From: Acaryochloris marina MBIC11017
Lineage (GTDB): Bacteria > Cyanobacteriota > Cyanobacteriia > Thermosynechococcales > Thermosynechococcaceae
NCBI RefSeq assembly: GCF_000018105.1
Contig: NC_009925.1
Span: forward strand, 2,130,001-2,162,000
Direction: 5' to 3'
DNA length: 32,000 nt
Part shown: positions 1 through 8,538 of the stretch, piece after piece
Position numbering within the stretch: the stretch's first letter is position 1
Layout of the letters: each line of letters starts with the position of its first letter
Made by a program: the position numbers and the translations under genes
The notes under the pieces: model-generated
What the model was told of the DNA's origin: nothing
Databases searched by the model: none
The model's input: the letters and a program-made list of their open reading frames with translations, nothing else

Positions 1-1
1 A

Positions 2-1438
2 CCCCCATCCCAGGTCGTTCAGCCAGCACCTACTCCCTCACCAAAAATCGTCTCCACCAAACCCTCATCTCCTCCCCTCCAAATTGCCCAAAGCTCATCG
101 GGAATCAGTGATATTTTAGTGACCGTCGATGGTCTTTTCTTGCCGACGAAGAAGAGTAAGCCCAAAGTAAAAGTCAAGCGCAGCCGCAATAAAAAAGAGA
201 TCACATTCAAGATTTCGGGCACCACTATTGCCCCCCAACTAGCTAAGACCTTCACACCTGGATATCACGGTATCAAAGCCATGACTTTAAAGTCTGTTTC
301 TGATTCAGAAGCAGAGCTGCTATTAAAGGTAGACAAAGACAGTCCAGACTGGATGGCAAGCGTTAGTCGATTCAGTGGGATTGTACTCTTACCCAAAGGT
401 GGTCCCTCTGCCAATCGTTCAGCTCGCCGTCCCGGTACAACGGTCAGTTTAGTTTCACCGAATCGTTCCACCGCTCCAACCGCCTCAACGAGCCAAATCA
501 ATACGATTCGCCGTATAGACTTGGGTGGACGGCAACTCCTTGTCAAAGCCGATCAACCGATCTCATATACAACCCGCTGGTCGGGCAGAGCCTATCAAAT
601 TACGATTAATTCTGCCAAACTTGCAGATGACTTAAGAAAACCACGACTAGGCTCTGGCAGCCCTTTGTCAGACATTTCCGTTACAGAATCAGACCGCAAT
701 ACGGTTATCATCACGGCCAAACCCAGCACGAACGTCAGAGTCACCGGGGTTCAGAGACTATCAAATCAGTCGATTGCCCTCAACCTCCTCCGACCCGGTC
801 AACGCCCCATTACCCGTATTCCGAGTAATCCATTTCCCTCGTCAACAAAATCTCCTCCTCCTGTAACAGGACGTCCCGTTCGAGGTCGCAAAGTCATCGT
901 GATTGATCCTGGCCATGGCGGGCCTGACCCCGGTGCGATCGGCATTGGCGGCTTGCGGGAAACGAATGTGGTTTTGGATATTAGCTTAGAAGTTTCTCGC
1001 ATTCTTCAGCGTCAGGGCGTCGTCGTTTATCTCACCCGCACACGAGAAGTGGATGTTGATTTGCCTCCCCGAGTGAGGTTAGCGGAGAGAGTGCGGGCCA
1101 CTGCGTTTGTCAGTATCCATGCCAATGCCATTAGCATGAGCCGACCAGATGTGAATGGTCTAGAGACCTATCATGCGCCAGGGGCCCGTTTAGGAGCCCG
1201 CTTGGCTCGAACAGTGCACAACACCATCTTGCGCAGATTAAGGATGCCGGATCGCCGAGTTCGTCCGGCCCGCTTCTATGTGATTCGCAAAACCTCCATG
1301 CCAGCGATTCTGGTCGAAACGGGGTTTCTCACCGGTGCCCAAGACATTGTTAGGCTAAGAAATCCAGCCTGGCGTAAACAAATGGCCCAAGCTATTGCCC
1401 AGGGAATTCTCAACTATTTAAACGGTCGCTATAACTAG
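2..1438 (+). CDS. N-acetylmuramoyl-L-alanine amidase, AmiC-like (AMIN domains plus Amidase_3 domain); 5' end lies outside the window
   Basis: The reading frame of track ORF 119..1438 stays open back to nt 2 (PPSQVVQPAPTPSPK...), so the GTG at 119 is probably not the true start. The C-terminal half carries Amidase_3 hallmarks: VIVIDPGHGGPDPGAIG, FVSIHANA, GLETY, PAILVETGFLT. The upstream part looks like AMIN-type repeats (QLLVKADQPISYTT...ITINSAKL). Confidence 0.85.
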   Translation, partial: PPSQVVQPAPTPSPKIVSTKPSSPPLQIAQSSSGISDILVTVDGLFLPTKKSKPKVKVKRSRNKKEITFKISGTTIAPQLAKTFTPGYHGIKAMTLKSVSDSEAELLLKVDKDSPDWMASVSRFSGIVLLPKGGPSANRSARRPGTTVSLVSPNRSTAPTASTSQINTIRRIDLGGRQLLVKADQPISYTTRWSGRAYQITINSAKLADDLRKPRLGSGSPLSDISVTESDRNTVIITAKPSTNVRVTGVQRLSNQSIALNLLRPGQRPITRIPSNPFPSSTKSPPPVTGRPVRGRKVIVIDPGHGGPDPGAIGIGGLRETNVVLDISLEVSRILQRQGVVVYLTRTREVDVDLPPRVRLAERVRATAFVSIHANAISMSRPDVNGLETYHAPGARLGARLARTVHNTILRRLRMPDRRVRPARFYVIRKTSMPAILVETGFLTGAQDIVRLRNPAWRKQMAQAIAQGILNYLNGRYN

Positions 1439-2421
1439 GCAGTCAGTAAAGTTTTTGTGGTGGCAATATTCTGTCGGACCGCCTGGGCGGAAGTCTGCAA
1501 TGCCTGATAGTCCTCAGCAGATAAGTCTAGTTCCAATACCCTCGTTACACCTTGGCGACTTAAACAGGTGGGAACGCCCAAGAAAATATCGGAGAGACCA
1601 TATTGCCCATCCAGGTAAGCGGCAGCCGGTAAGATACGGGACCGATTAAATAGGATAGATTCCACCATCAAGGATGCAGAAGAAGCCGGAGCAAAATAGG
1701 CGCTACCGGCCTGCATGAGGCCAACAATTTCGGCTCCGCCATTGCGAGTGCGATCCACTAATTGCTGAATAGTTTCCTCATCCATCAATTCGGTGATCGG
1801 GATACCGCTAACGGTGGAATAGCGGGGCAGGGGCACCATCAGATCACCATGCCCTCCTAGCACCATGGCATGAACATTGGCAATCGAGACTTTGAGTTCT
1901 AGGGCAATAAAGGTTTCAAACCGGGCTGCATCTAAAACACCTGCCATGCCGATGACGCGTTCTGGTGACAATCCACTGGCCTGCCAAGCCAGATAGGTCA
2001 TCACGTCTAAAGGATTAGTAACCACCATCAAAATGGCGTTAGGCGACTGGGCAATTGCTTGGCGAGTAACATCGGTAATGATCTGGGCATTCACCTTGAG
2101 CAGATCGTCACGACTCATGCCTGGTTTGCGGGGGATGCCAGCTGTAATGACGATGATATCCGAGTTTTGGGTATCGGCATAATCTGCTGTGCCGATAATG
2201 GTGCGGTCATGGTGTTCGACACCACGTGCTTCCATTAAATCTAGGGCTAATCCTTGAGGGCGACCAGCTTGAATATCCAGCAGAACGACGTCAGCAATAT
2301 TCTTCTCGACAATGCGCTGTCCTAAGGTACTGCCAACATTGCCCGCTCCCACAATCGTGACGCGGGGGGCTTGGGTTCCCGGTAAGCAGGTGAGGTCCAT
2401 ACCTCTATTGTGGTCGGACAA
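1435..2421 (-). CDS. mdh: NAD-dependent malate dehydrogenase (LDH-like MDH family)
   Basis: Rossmann motif VTIVGAGNVGSTLGQ, ITAGIPRKPGMSRDDLL, VVTNPLD, GGHGDLMVPLPRYSTVSGIP. The start could instead be the internal ATG at 2400 (MDLTC...). Confidence 0.9.
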   Translation of the reverse strand: MSDHNRGMDLTCLPGTQAPRVTIVGAGNVGSTLGQRIVEKNIADVVLLDIQAGRPQGLALDLMEARGVEHHDRTIIGTADYADTQNSDIIVITAGIPRKPGMSRDDLLKVNAQIITDVTRQAIAQSPNAILMVVTNPLDVMTYLAWQASGLSPERVIGMAGVLDAARFETFIALELKVSIANVHAMVLGGHGDLMVPLPRYSTVSGIPITELMDEETIQQLVDRTRNGGAEIVGLMQAGSAYFAPASSASLMVESILFNRSRILPAAAYLDGQYGLSDIFLGVPTCLSRQGVTRVLELDLSAEDYQALQTSAQAVRQNIATTKTLLTA

Positions 2422-2461
2422 ATTGCGATCGCACTTAATCCGTAACCAATCGTTGAAATGA

Positions 2462-2671
2462 TTAGGCCGCTTCTAGCTGATCAACCCGGAGCCAAACCGT
2501 TGGCACAGGGACGCGAAACTGAATCTGGGCATAATCACCCTTAATTTCTAGTACTTCTCCGGTGCCCTCAAATACATAGGGCGGCAAGCGGCGATCGCTG
2601 GCCTTTGCCTCTACGCTATTCTCAAATTTTTCGGGAACGATACGGACTAGACTTCCTTTCTTTACAGCCAT
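2462..2671 (-). CDS. ndhO: NAD(P)H-quinone oxidoreductase (NDH-1) subunit O
   Basis: Track ORF 2462..2710, trimmed to the internal ATG at 2671, giving about 69 aa: [67 protein letters not shown]. Size and sequence pattern match my recollection of the NdhO family; this was not searched. Confidence 0.6.
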   Translation of the reverse strand: MAVKKGSLVRIVPEKFENSVEAKASDRRLPPYVFEGTGEVLEIKGDYAQIQFRVPVPTVWLRVDQLEAA

Positions 2672-2923
2672 AATTGCGGGTAATTTTACCAAAGTGAGAG
2701 CCACCGTCATTGTAGTCGCTTTCCTCGCCCTGATCCTAACTTCAGTGATTCCCTCAACTGATCAAGCATTTGATGAAGTCGCAAGTTGGAGCCGTTTTCA
2801 CTACGCCCCAACCGTTCGCAAGAAATCATTACACTTAGAAGTCATAGCGGTTGTATTTACCCAATTGAGGGGAATCACACTGCCCTAAGAACACTGCCGA
2901 AGCCTTGAAGGAGCACTTTAAAG

Positions 2924-3391
2924 ATGGAAGAACTACTAGCCCCCATTGCGGGATTTTTTCAAAGCTTAGGCTTGCCTGAGCCGATCGTACATTGGGGACA
3001 CCCCACCATGATGGGCATTGTGGTGTTTGTAATGGGATCCTATGCCGGTGTGCAAGGCTGGCAAGGTCGGTTAGCCACTGACGAAGAAGTCGGTAGCAAA
3101 AAACGAGCTGCCCATGCCCAAGTGGTGCCTTGGATGTTTTTGTTTATCGTTTTGGGATATACCGGAGGCGTGCTGTCTTTGGTAATGCAGGAACAGCCAA
3201 TTTTCGAGAGCCCCCACTTCTGGTCGGGGACGGCTGTGATTGGTTTATTGACGACTAATGCTGTGCTGTCTCTCAGCAATTTTTGGGGAGAAACGAGTTT
3301 TCGCTCTGCCCATGCTTATATTGGAAGCTCTGCTCTAGTCCTACTAGTAGTCCACACGCTATTGGGCTTGAAACTCGGCTTGTCGTTTTAA
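2924..3391 (+). CDS. DUF4079-family integral membrane protein (cyanobacterial, about 4 TM helices)
   Basis: 155 aa with hydrophobic segments and conserved His positions (HWGHPTMMGIVVF, SPHFWSG, HAYIGSSALVLLVVHTLLG), typical of DUF4079 as I remember it. Confidence 0.55.
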   Translation: MEELLAPIAGFFQSLGLPEPIVHWGHPTMMGIVVFVMGSYAGVQGWQGRLATDEEVGSKKRAAHAQVVPWMFLFIVLGYTGGVLSLVMQEQPIFESPHFWSGTAVIGLLTTNAVLSLSNFWGETSFRSAHAYIGSSALVLLVVHTLLGLKLGLSF

Positions 3392-3413
3392 TCTAGTAAG
3401 GAATCATGATCAT

Positions 3414-3534
3414 TTAGCCCACCCTCCTTTCCTCTATCTATTGCAAGGAAACCACATCAATCTTGCAGCCAAGCACAAAGATGGAGTGGACCTTCCCCAT
3501 TTCGAGAGGGGTATCCAAAGAGAGGGTGGGTTAA
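3414..3534. repeat. 121-bp element bounded by a 13-bp imperfect inverted repeat (TTAGCCCACCCTC ... GAGGGTGGGTTAA)
   Basis: Arms at 3414-3426 and 3522-3534 are complementary except for one position, which is G:U-compatible in RNA. Inside are smaller hairpins: TGCAAG/CTTGCA around 3442-3468 and CCCC/GGGG around 3495-3511. The element lies 23 nt after the DUF4079 stop codon. Confidence 0.4.
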
Positions 3535-3648
3535 TGCCTAGAATTCAGGTTAATCTCAACAGACTTGATACCTTAGCAGTAGTAAGAGCAATGCACTGAT
3601 TGTGAAACAGCCATATAACCCCAAATAACTCATTATCTCAGGCAGAAC

Positions 3649-3924
3649 ATGACTCCCAGCGAAGTTTCACTCGGGCCGTGTCTGAAGACAAAACAGCGAT
3701 TGAGCCATATCTGTGATTGGCAGTTTCCCATTGAAAAATTTATTGTGGATTTTTACTTCAAAGGGTTAAAGCTAACGATAGACATTCAGGGACATCCCAC
3801 GAAGAGGAAGTTGCATCAATAAGAGGCCAAGCGATTAGAGTCTTTAGGGATATACTTTGTGGGGTTTGCTGAGGGACTGGCACAAACTCAGCCACCGCTG
3901 ATTTTTGAAGAGATTAAGAGGTGA
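3649..3924 (+). pseudogene. Decayed DUF559 (Vsr-like) endonuclease-domain gene with an in-frame TAA stop at 3820-3822
   Basis: Single-frame translation: MTPSEVSLGPCLKTKQRLSHICDWQFPIEKFIVDFYFKGLKLTIDIQGHPTKRKLHQ*EAKRLESLGIYFVGFAEGLAQTQPPLIFEEIKR. The layout follows DUF559 (FRRQ..yivDF.c...klviEvDG..H...D..R...L...G..vlRF). The E.DG core reads DIQG and the frame is interrupted. Both halves fall below the ORF-track size cut-off. Confidence 0.45.
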
Positions 3925-4042
3925 ATCTTGCAAAATTCACCCAAATCAGTCTTTGTTTGTAGGATATTAGGGAAACTCACCCTGCTCTCCAAGCCCCCCC
4001 AGGAGGGGATGGGGACACCAGACATGACTCAGGAGTGCATCC

Positions 4043-4516
4043 ATGGTTCACACGCCTCATTTGGTCAAAGCCTCCACTATTCAAGAGTCCCTTGAACAAC
4101 GTTTTCAACATCCCTTAAACGCTAATGCGATTCGACACACAAAATCGATTGGGGACTGGGTGGGACTTGAACGGCTGGGAGTTCATCTGGTCAGAGTAGA
4201 GCCGGGTAGGGACACCACGCAGTTTCACTACCATCACCAAGAAGAAGAATTTATTTATATCCTGTCGGGAAAAGGGATTGCCACCATTGGTGAATCTGAA
4301 TATGAAGTCGGTCCAGGCGACTTTATGGGGTTTACAGCCCCTTCCCAACCCCATAGTTTGTTTAATCCTTTTGACCAAGACTTGGTCTATTTGATGGGGG
4401 GAGAACGACGCCCTGTAGACATCTGTGACTATCCCAAACTACGGCAACGGTTAGTTCGTAATGGTGAGGACCGTCACCTATATAACTGGGATGATCTTCA
4501 GCCATTTGAAATCTAA
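4043..4516 (+). CDS. Cupin-domain protein
   Basis: Cupin motifs HYHHQEEEFIYILSGKG and GPGDFMGFTAPSQPHSL, 157 aa. The stop codon TAA is followed directly by the ATG of the next gene. Confidence 0.7.
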   Translation: MVHTPHLVKASTIQESLEQRFQHPLNANAIRHTKSIGDWVGLERLGVHLVRVEPGRDTTQFHYHHQEEEFIYILSGKGIATIGESEYEVGPGDFMGFTAPSQPHSLFNPFDQDLVYLMGGERRPVDICDYPKLRQRLVRNGEDRHLYNWDDLQPFEI

Positions 4517-6790
4517 ATGCAGGCGTTGAATGGGGCCATTCTCTGCATCGCTTGGATAGTCGGCTTACTCTCCACGGCTCATCCTTATAGCTGGCTGGGG
4601 TTGATTGGCTTAGGGCTAGGACTGATGGGAATGCGAGTTATCAGTTTGCGAGTTCCCTGGCCTCTTTTGTACCCCTGGCGACGAGGCCCAAGAGTGGCCT
4701 TTTGGTTATTGGCTTTGGCATGTGCGCTGTTTGCTAGCCTATATTTCTCCGTCCGCACCCCAACCCCAGGCTCAAGAGATATCAGTCGAATCGTCCCTGA
4801 AGTCTCGCGATCGCTAGTGACGGTTACAGGCAAAGTCGAAACCATGCCTCGCTTGACACGCAGTCAAACCGTTCAGTTTCAGCTTCAGGCGTTAAAACTA
4901 GAGGCAAAGCCAACTCAAAAAACGGTTCGTGGCTTACTTTATGTATCCTTACCTCCAAAGCAGGGACAAAAACTACATCCGGGGCAACGGGTAGAAGTGT
5001 CTGGCTATCTTTACAAACCTCGCCGTTCCGCTACCCCCCAAGGCTTTGATTTTGAAGATTATCTGACCCGCTCTGGTATTTTCGCAGGTTTGCGAGGTAA
5101 AACCGTTACGGTCAAGCAGTCTGGAGGCACTTGGGGTGGCTGGGCTGTGCGGCAGCGAATTGTGCGATCGCATGCCCGATTCCTGGGACCTGAAAAAGGT
5201 GCATTAGTCAGCGCTATGGTCTTAGGCCATCGTCGGGTCGATTTACCGTTCAACCTACGCAATCGCTTTGTCAAAGTTGGTTTAGCTCATACACTAGCCG
5301 CTTCAGGGTTCCATGTTTCCATCATTCTCGCGGGACTGCTAAAGGTCACAGGTCGCCTTTCGTCCCGAACTCAACTGATCAGTGGGCTGATCGGACTCAT
5401 CATTTTTATCTTCTTAAGCGGATTTGAGCCCTCGGTTTCCCGTGCGGTTTTAATGGGCATGGCAGGTTTGGCAGCCGTTACGGCCAACCGTAAGTTAAAT
5501 CCAGTTGGCGTATTGCTGGTAGTGGCCGTTGGACTGCTCGTCATCCAGCCCCAATGGATCTGGGATTTAGGATTTCAACTCAGCTTTTTAGCGACATTGG
5601 GGCTGATCGTGACGGTGCCACCCTTAACCCAGAAACTAGATTGGTTACCGCCTGCGATCTCATCCTTATTCGCAGTGCCCATTGCCGCTATGCTGTGGAC
5701 CTTGCCCTTACAGCTCTATCAGTTTGGAATCGCCCCGATTTATTGTTTGCTGGCCAATATTTGCACAACGCCGCTGTTGATTCTGCTAACAGCAGGTGGA
5801 TTTTGCAGCGGTATCGTAGCGGTAATGTGGCCTTTGGCAGGGGGGCTATTGGCTTGGCTGCTGGCGATACCTACCCAAGGGCTGATTTGGCTGGTCACTC
5901 AGATCAGCCTGTTACCGGGAGCCTCCTTAACCCTCGGGACCCTCTCCATTTGGCAATTGGTACTGCTCTATGGGCTGCTGGTATCGGCATGGCTCTTACC
6001 CGTTTGGAAGCAACGTTTACCGCTATTGATAACCTTGGCCTTAGGCATCATCATCCTGCCCATTTGGCATTATCAAGTCTATCGCTTCCAAATCACGATT
6101 TTTGACCGAGCCACACCACCGATGATGGTGATCCAGCAACCCGGATCGACACTGGTATTGAATAGTGGCGATCGCAACACCGCATCACAAACCCTCGTTC
6201 CTTTTTTGCAACGCCAGGGCATTGATCAAGTGGATCTGGCCTTAGCCACAGACTTACGATCTCGCTGGAGAGACGGATGGCCCGCGTTACTCCAGCAGGT
6301 CTCCCTAAAGAAGTTGATTCCCATCTCTTTAACCAACAACACCGCACTACAAGAGCAACTTCTTGGATCTCAGGTCCAACCGGGAAAGCTACGTTTCCTT
6401 CAAGTCGGTGAGCAACTGGTTCAAGACCAAACTCAAATTAGCGTCTTGCGTCACCAACCGACTCTGTTGCAGTTCACTATCAATCAACAAAACTGGCTGA
6501 TGGTTTCGGGTCGGTATCAAGGATTATTACCTTGGCTGCAAACGACCCAAGTCCCCTCGCCGCAAGTGCTATGGTGGTCCACAAAAGTTGATCTAGAAGC
6601 GATTCACCACTTGCAACCTCAAGTTCTTATTCTCACGTCTCGCAATATTGATGCCGAAAGCTTGAGCCAGTTAGAACGCCGAATCTCCAAAGTTTATTGG
6701 ACGCCCAGAGATGGGGCAGTGCAGTGGACTCGCGATCGCGGTTTTGAATCCACCTTCCCCCTTAGTGAAAATCCGGCTTCTCCCCTGTAG
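4517..6790 (+). CDS. comEC: ComEC/Rec2 DNA-internalization channel protein (OB/DUF4131, competence domain, degenerate MBL-fold domain)
   Basis: 757 aa, polytopic. The N-terminal part reads VTVTGKVETMP...GQRVEVSGYLYKP (OB fold). The competence-domain signature is VGLAHTLAASGFHVSIIL...FLSGFEPSVSRAVLM. The C-terminal about 240 aa follows the ComEC beta-lactamase-domain layout but lacks its metal ligands (see findings). Confidence 0.85.
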   Translation: MQALNGAILCIAWIVGLLSTAHPYSWLGLIGLGLGLMGMRVISLRVPWPLLYPWRRGPRVAFWLLALACALFASLYFSVRTPTPGSRDISRIVPEVSRSLVTVTGKVETMPRLTRSQTVQFQLQALKLEAKPTQKTVRGLLYVSLPPKQGQKLHPGQRVEVSGYLYKPRRSATPQGFDFEDYLTRSGIFAGLRGKTVTVKQSGGTWGGWAVRQRIVRSHARFLGPEKGALVSAMVLGHRRVDLPFNLRNRFVKVGLAHTLAASGFHVSIILAGLLKVTGRLSSRTQLISGLIGLIIFIFLSGFEPSVSRAVLMGMAGLAAVTANRKLNPVGVLLVVAVGLLVIQPQWIWDLGFQLSFLATLGLIVTVPPLTQKLDWLPPAISSLFAVPIAAMLWTLPLQLYQFGIAPIYCLLANICTTPLLILLTAGGFCSGIVAVMWPLAGGLLAWLLAIPTQGLIWLVTQISLLPGASLTLGTLSIWQLVLLYGLLVSAWLLPVWKQRLPLLITLALGIIILPIWHYQVYRFQITIFDRATPPMMVIQQPGSTLVLNSGDRNTASQTLVPFLQRQGIDQVDLALATDLRSRWRDGWPALLQQVSLKKLIPISLTNNTALQEQLLGSQVQPGKLRFLQVGEQLVQDQTQISVLRHQPTLLQFTINQQNWLMVSGRYQGLLPWLQTTQVPSPQVLWWSTKVDLEAIHHLQPQVLILTSRNIDAESLSQLERRISKVYWTPRDGAVQWTRDRGFESTFPLSENPASPL

Positions 6791-6824
6791 AATAGGCGTT
6801 AGACTAAACCAAAATCACCAACCT

Positions 6825-6911
6825 GGAGAGGTGGCAGAGTGGTTGAATGCGGCAGACTCGAAATCTGTTTTAGGGTCAAACCTAACGGGGGTTCGAATCC
6901 CCCCCTCTCCG
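6825..6911 (+). tRNA. tRNA-Ser, anticodon CGA (class II tRNA with long variable arm; CCA not encoded)
   Basis: Acceptor stem GGAGAGG (6825-6831) pairs with CCTCTCC (6904-6910), with discriminator G at 6911. D-loop is GCAGAGTGGTTGAATGC. Anticodon stem-loop is GCAGA-CTCGAAA-TCTGT. The T arm is GGGGG-TTCGAAT-CCCCC (6887-6903), and a roughly 20-nt variable arm is present. Confidence 0.9.
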
Positions 6912-7241
6912 TTCTATATCTAGCTGATAGCATACCCATTAAATAGGACTGAGATGTCTGCAGGCAGTGCTCTTAAGGGCATTGAGTGGCAATTTAAATG
7001 GGTTCAGACTAAAGAGCAGACCATCATCCTTGTAACAGATTTAAAAACAAATCGATTCATTAGCAATCGTTCTGATTGTATCTATCATGGCGACACCATC
7101 TTCCTTGGGCCCCTATCTCTCTAATCCAGTGCCCATAACGCATTCGCTATAATAGTATTGGCTTTTCACTCAACAAGCATAAACTGCTCCTGCAGCCACC
7201 AATCGAGGGTGTGATTTGCACCTGAAGTCAGGAGGTTTCTT

Positions 7242-8114
7242 ATGCAGATGCAATCAGGATATTTAGTCGGAGCACAGCAGCACACTCTTTACTATCGGGC
7301 TTGGTCCCCTGAACGCTCCCCTCAAGCTGTAGTAGCAATCGTCCACGGTCTTGGCAGTCACAGCAATACCTTCATCGATGCAGTCAATGCTTTAACTCTC
7401 CAGGGCCATGCTGTATATGGCCTAGATCTACGAGGGCATGGTCACTCTTCTGGGCAGCGAGGCTATATCAACCATTGGTCAGAGTTTAGAGCTGATTTCC
7501 ACATCTTCCTGCAATTCGTTAAGCACCGAAACCCTGACCTTCCTATCTTTGCCTGGGGACATAGTTTAGGGGGTTTGATTGTTCTGGATTACGTCCTACA
7601 TTCCCCCCAGCGATTGATGGGCATGATGATATCCGGTCTACCCATGAGAGTTGTCGGTATTTCACCTTGGAAGCTAGCGATAGCACGTCTTCTATCAAAG
7701 CTATGGCCACGGTTTTCACTGAATACTGGGATCGATCCAGAAAGCAATTCTCGAAATCCAGCCGTCCTGCTAGATCATTCTCAGGATTCACTGCAGCACA
7801 CGCAAGGAACAGCTCGGTTAGCCACTGAATTTCTCCGCATTCAAGCCGAATTACAAGCCCACGCAGCGAATCTCCGTCTACCGCTGTTGATGCTCCATGG
7901 CAGCAACGATCAGACCGCTTCTCTCTCCGAGAGCGTAGCCTTTTTTCAAAAGGTCGGAAGCAAGACCAAACAACATCTGGAATATCCAGGAGCCTTTCAC
8001 GACTTACACGCTGATCTGGATGCCCAAACAGTACTCGCTGATATGAGCCAATGGCTCCGTCAACAGCTAACTTCTTTTGAGAAAAACAAGGACCGACAGC
8101 TTATAGGCATATAG
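7242..8114 (+). CDS. Alpha/beta-fold serine hydrolase, lysophospholipase / monoacylglycerol-lipase type (Hydrolase_4-like)
   Basis: VVAIVHGLGSHS (oxyanion region), nucleophile elbow GHSLGG, C-terminal GAFHDLH. A strong SD, AGGAGG, sits 7 nt before the ATG. Confidence 0.75.
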   Translation: MQMQSGYLVGAQQHTLYYRAWSPERSPQAVVAIVHGLGSHSNTFIDAVNALTLQGHAVYGLDLRGHGHSSGQRGYINHWSEFRADFHIFLQFVKHRNPDLPIFAWGHSLGGLIVLDYVLHSPQRLMGMMISGLPMRVVGISPWKLAIARLLSKLWPRFSLNTGIDPESNSRNPAVLLDHSQDSLQHTQGTARLATEFLRIQAELQAHAANLRLPLLMLHGSNDQTASLSESVAFFQKVGSKTKQHLEYPGAFHDLHADLDAQTVLADMSQWLRQQLTSFEKNKDRQLIGI

Positions 8115-8255
8115 TTAGCCTTTTGTGGTCTCTTCCAAAGAGCGAATGAATTCACGAATGATATCGGTCTTGGTCCGTTGTGTCTTTTTCGCATAGCGGT
8201 CTAATATTTTTAGTTCATGCTCTGGAATTCTTATACAAAGCTGGTTCTGGGCCAT
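8115..8255 (-). CDS. Small ribbon-helix-helix (CopG/Arc-like) DNA-binding protein, 46 aa; absent from the ORF track because it is below the size cut-off
   Basis: Hand translation of the minus strand from ATG 8255 to TAA 8117-8115: MAQNQLCIRIPEHELKILDRYAKKTQRTKTDIIREFIRSLEETTKG. The pattern is a beta-strand (LCIRIPE), helix (ELKILDRYAKK) and helix (TKTDIIREFIRSL), as in RHH regulators and antitoxins. It is divergent from the acyl-CoA synthetase gene. Confidence 0.5.
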   Translation of the reverse strand: MAQNQLCIRIPEHELKILDRYAKKTQRTKTDIIREFIRSLEETTKG

Positions 8256-8509
8256 ATGTATAGATATATGCTATACTGCGATTGTACCTTAAAAATTGTC
8301 ATTCAACGCCACTAGAGCATGTTTTAAGGTTCCAATTCAATGAACGCGCTGTATTGATGCTATTCAGAATTATTCAAGCAGTGCTTCAGCATCGCTCACG
8401 CTCCTTGTTGCTGCAGGAGTAACAATTACACCGCGTAGCTTTGTCAGAAGCCATCTCACATCAATGAAAGCGCGAAATGGTTGAGGAGAACCAGCGCCGT
8501 TTGTGAGAG

Positions 8510-8530
8510 AGAGTCGTCATTAGCGACTCT
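8510..8530. promoter_or_regulatory. Perfect 7-bp inverted repeat AGAGTCG-N7-CGACTCT ending 8 nt before the acyl-CoA synthetase ATG; candidate operator or 5'-UTR hairpin
   Basis: Read directly from the sequence: arms at 8510-8516 and 8524-8530. Any function is inferred only. No SD is visible between the repeat and ATG 8539. Confidence 0.2.
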
Positions 8531-8538
8531 AGCTGATC

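Noticed and set aside
2694-2888. 64-aa plus-strand ORF between ndhO and the DUF4079 gene
   Set aside because: It lies in a divergent promoter region and overlaps only the unlikely N-terminal extension of the ndhO track ORF. It has no SD or motif.
6954-7124. 56-aa ORF (MSAGSALKGIEWQFKWVQTKEQ...) downstream of tRNA-Ser
   Set aside because: It has no convincing SD and no recognisable motif, and it is short. It cannot be distinguished from a chance ORF without comparative data.
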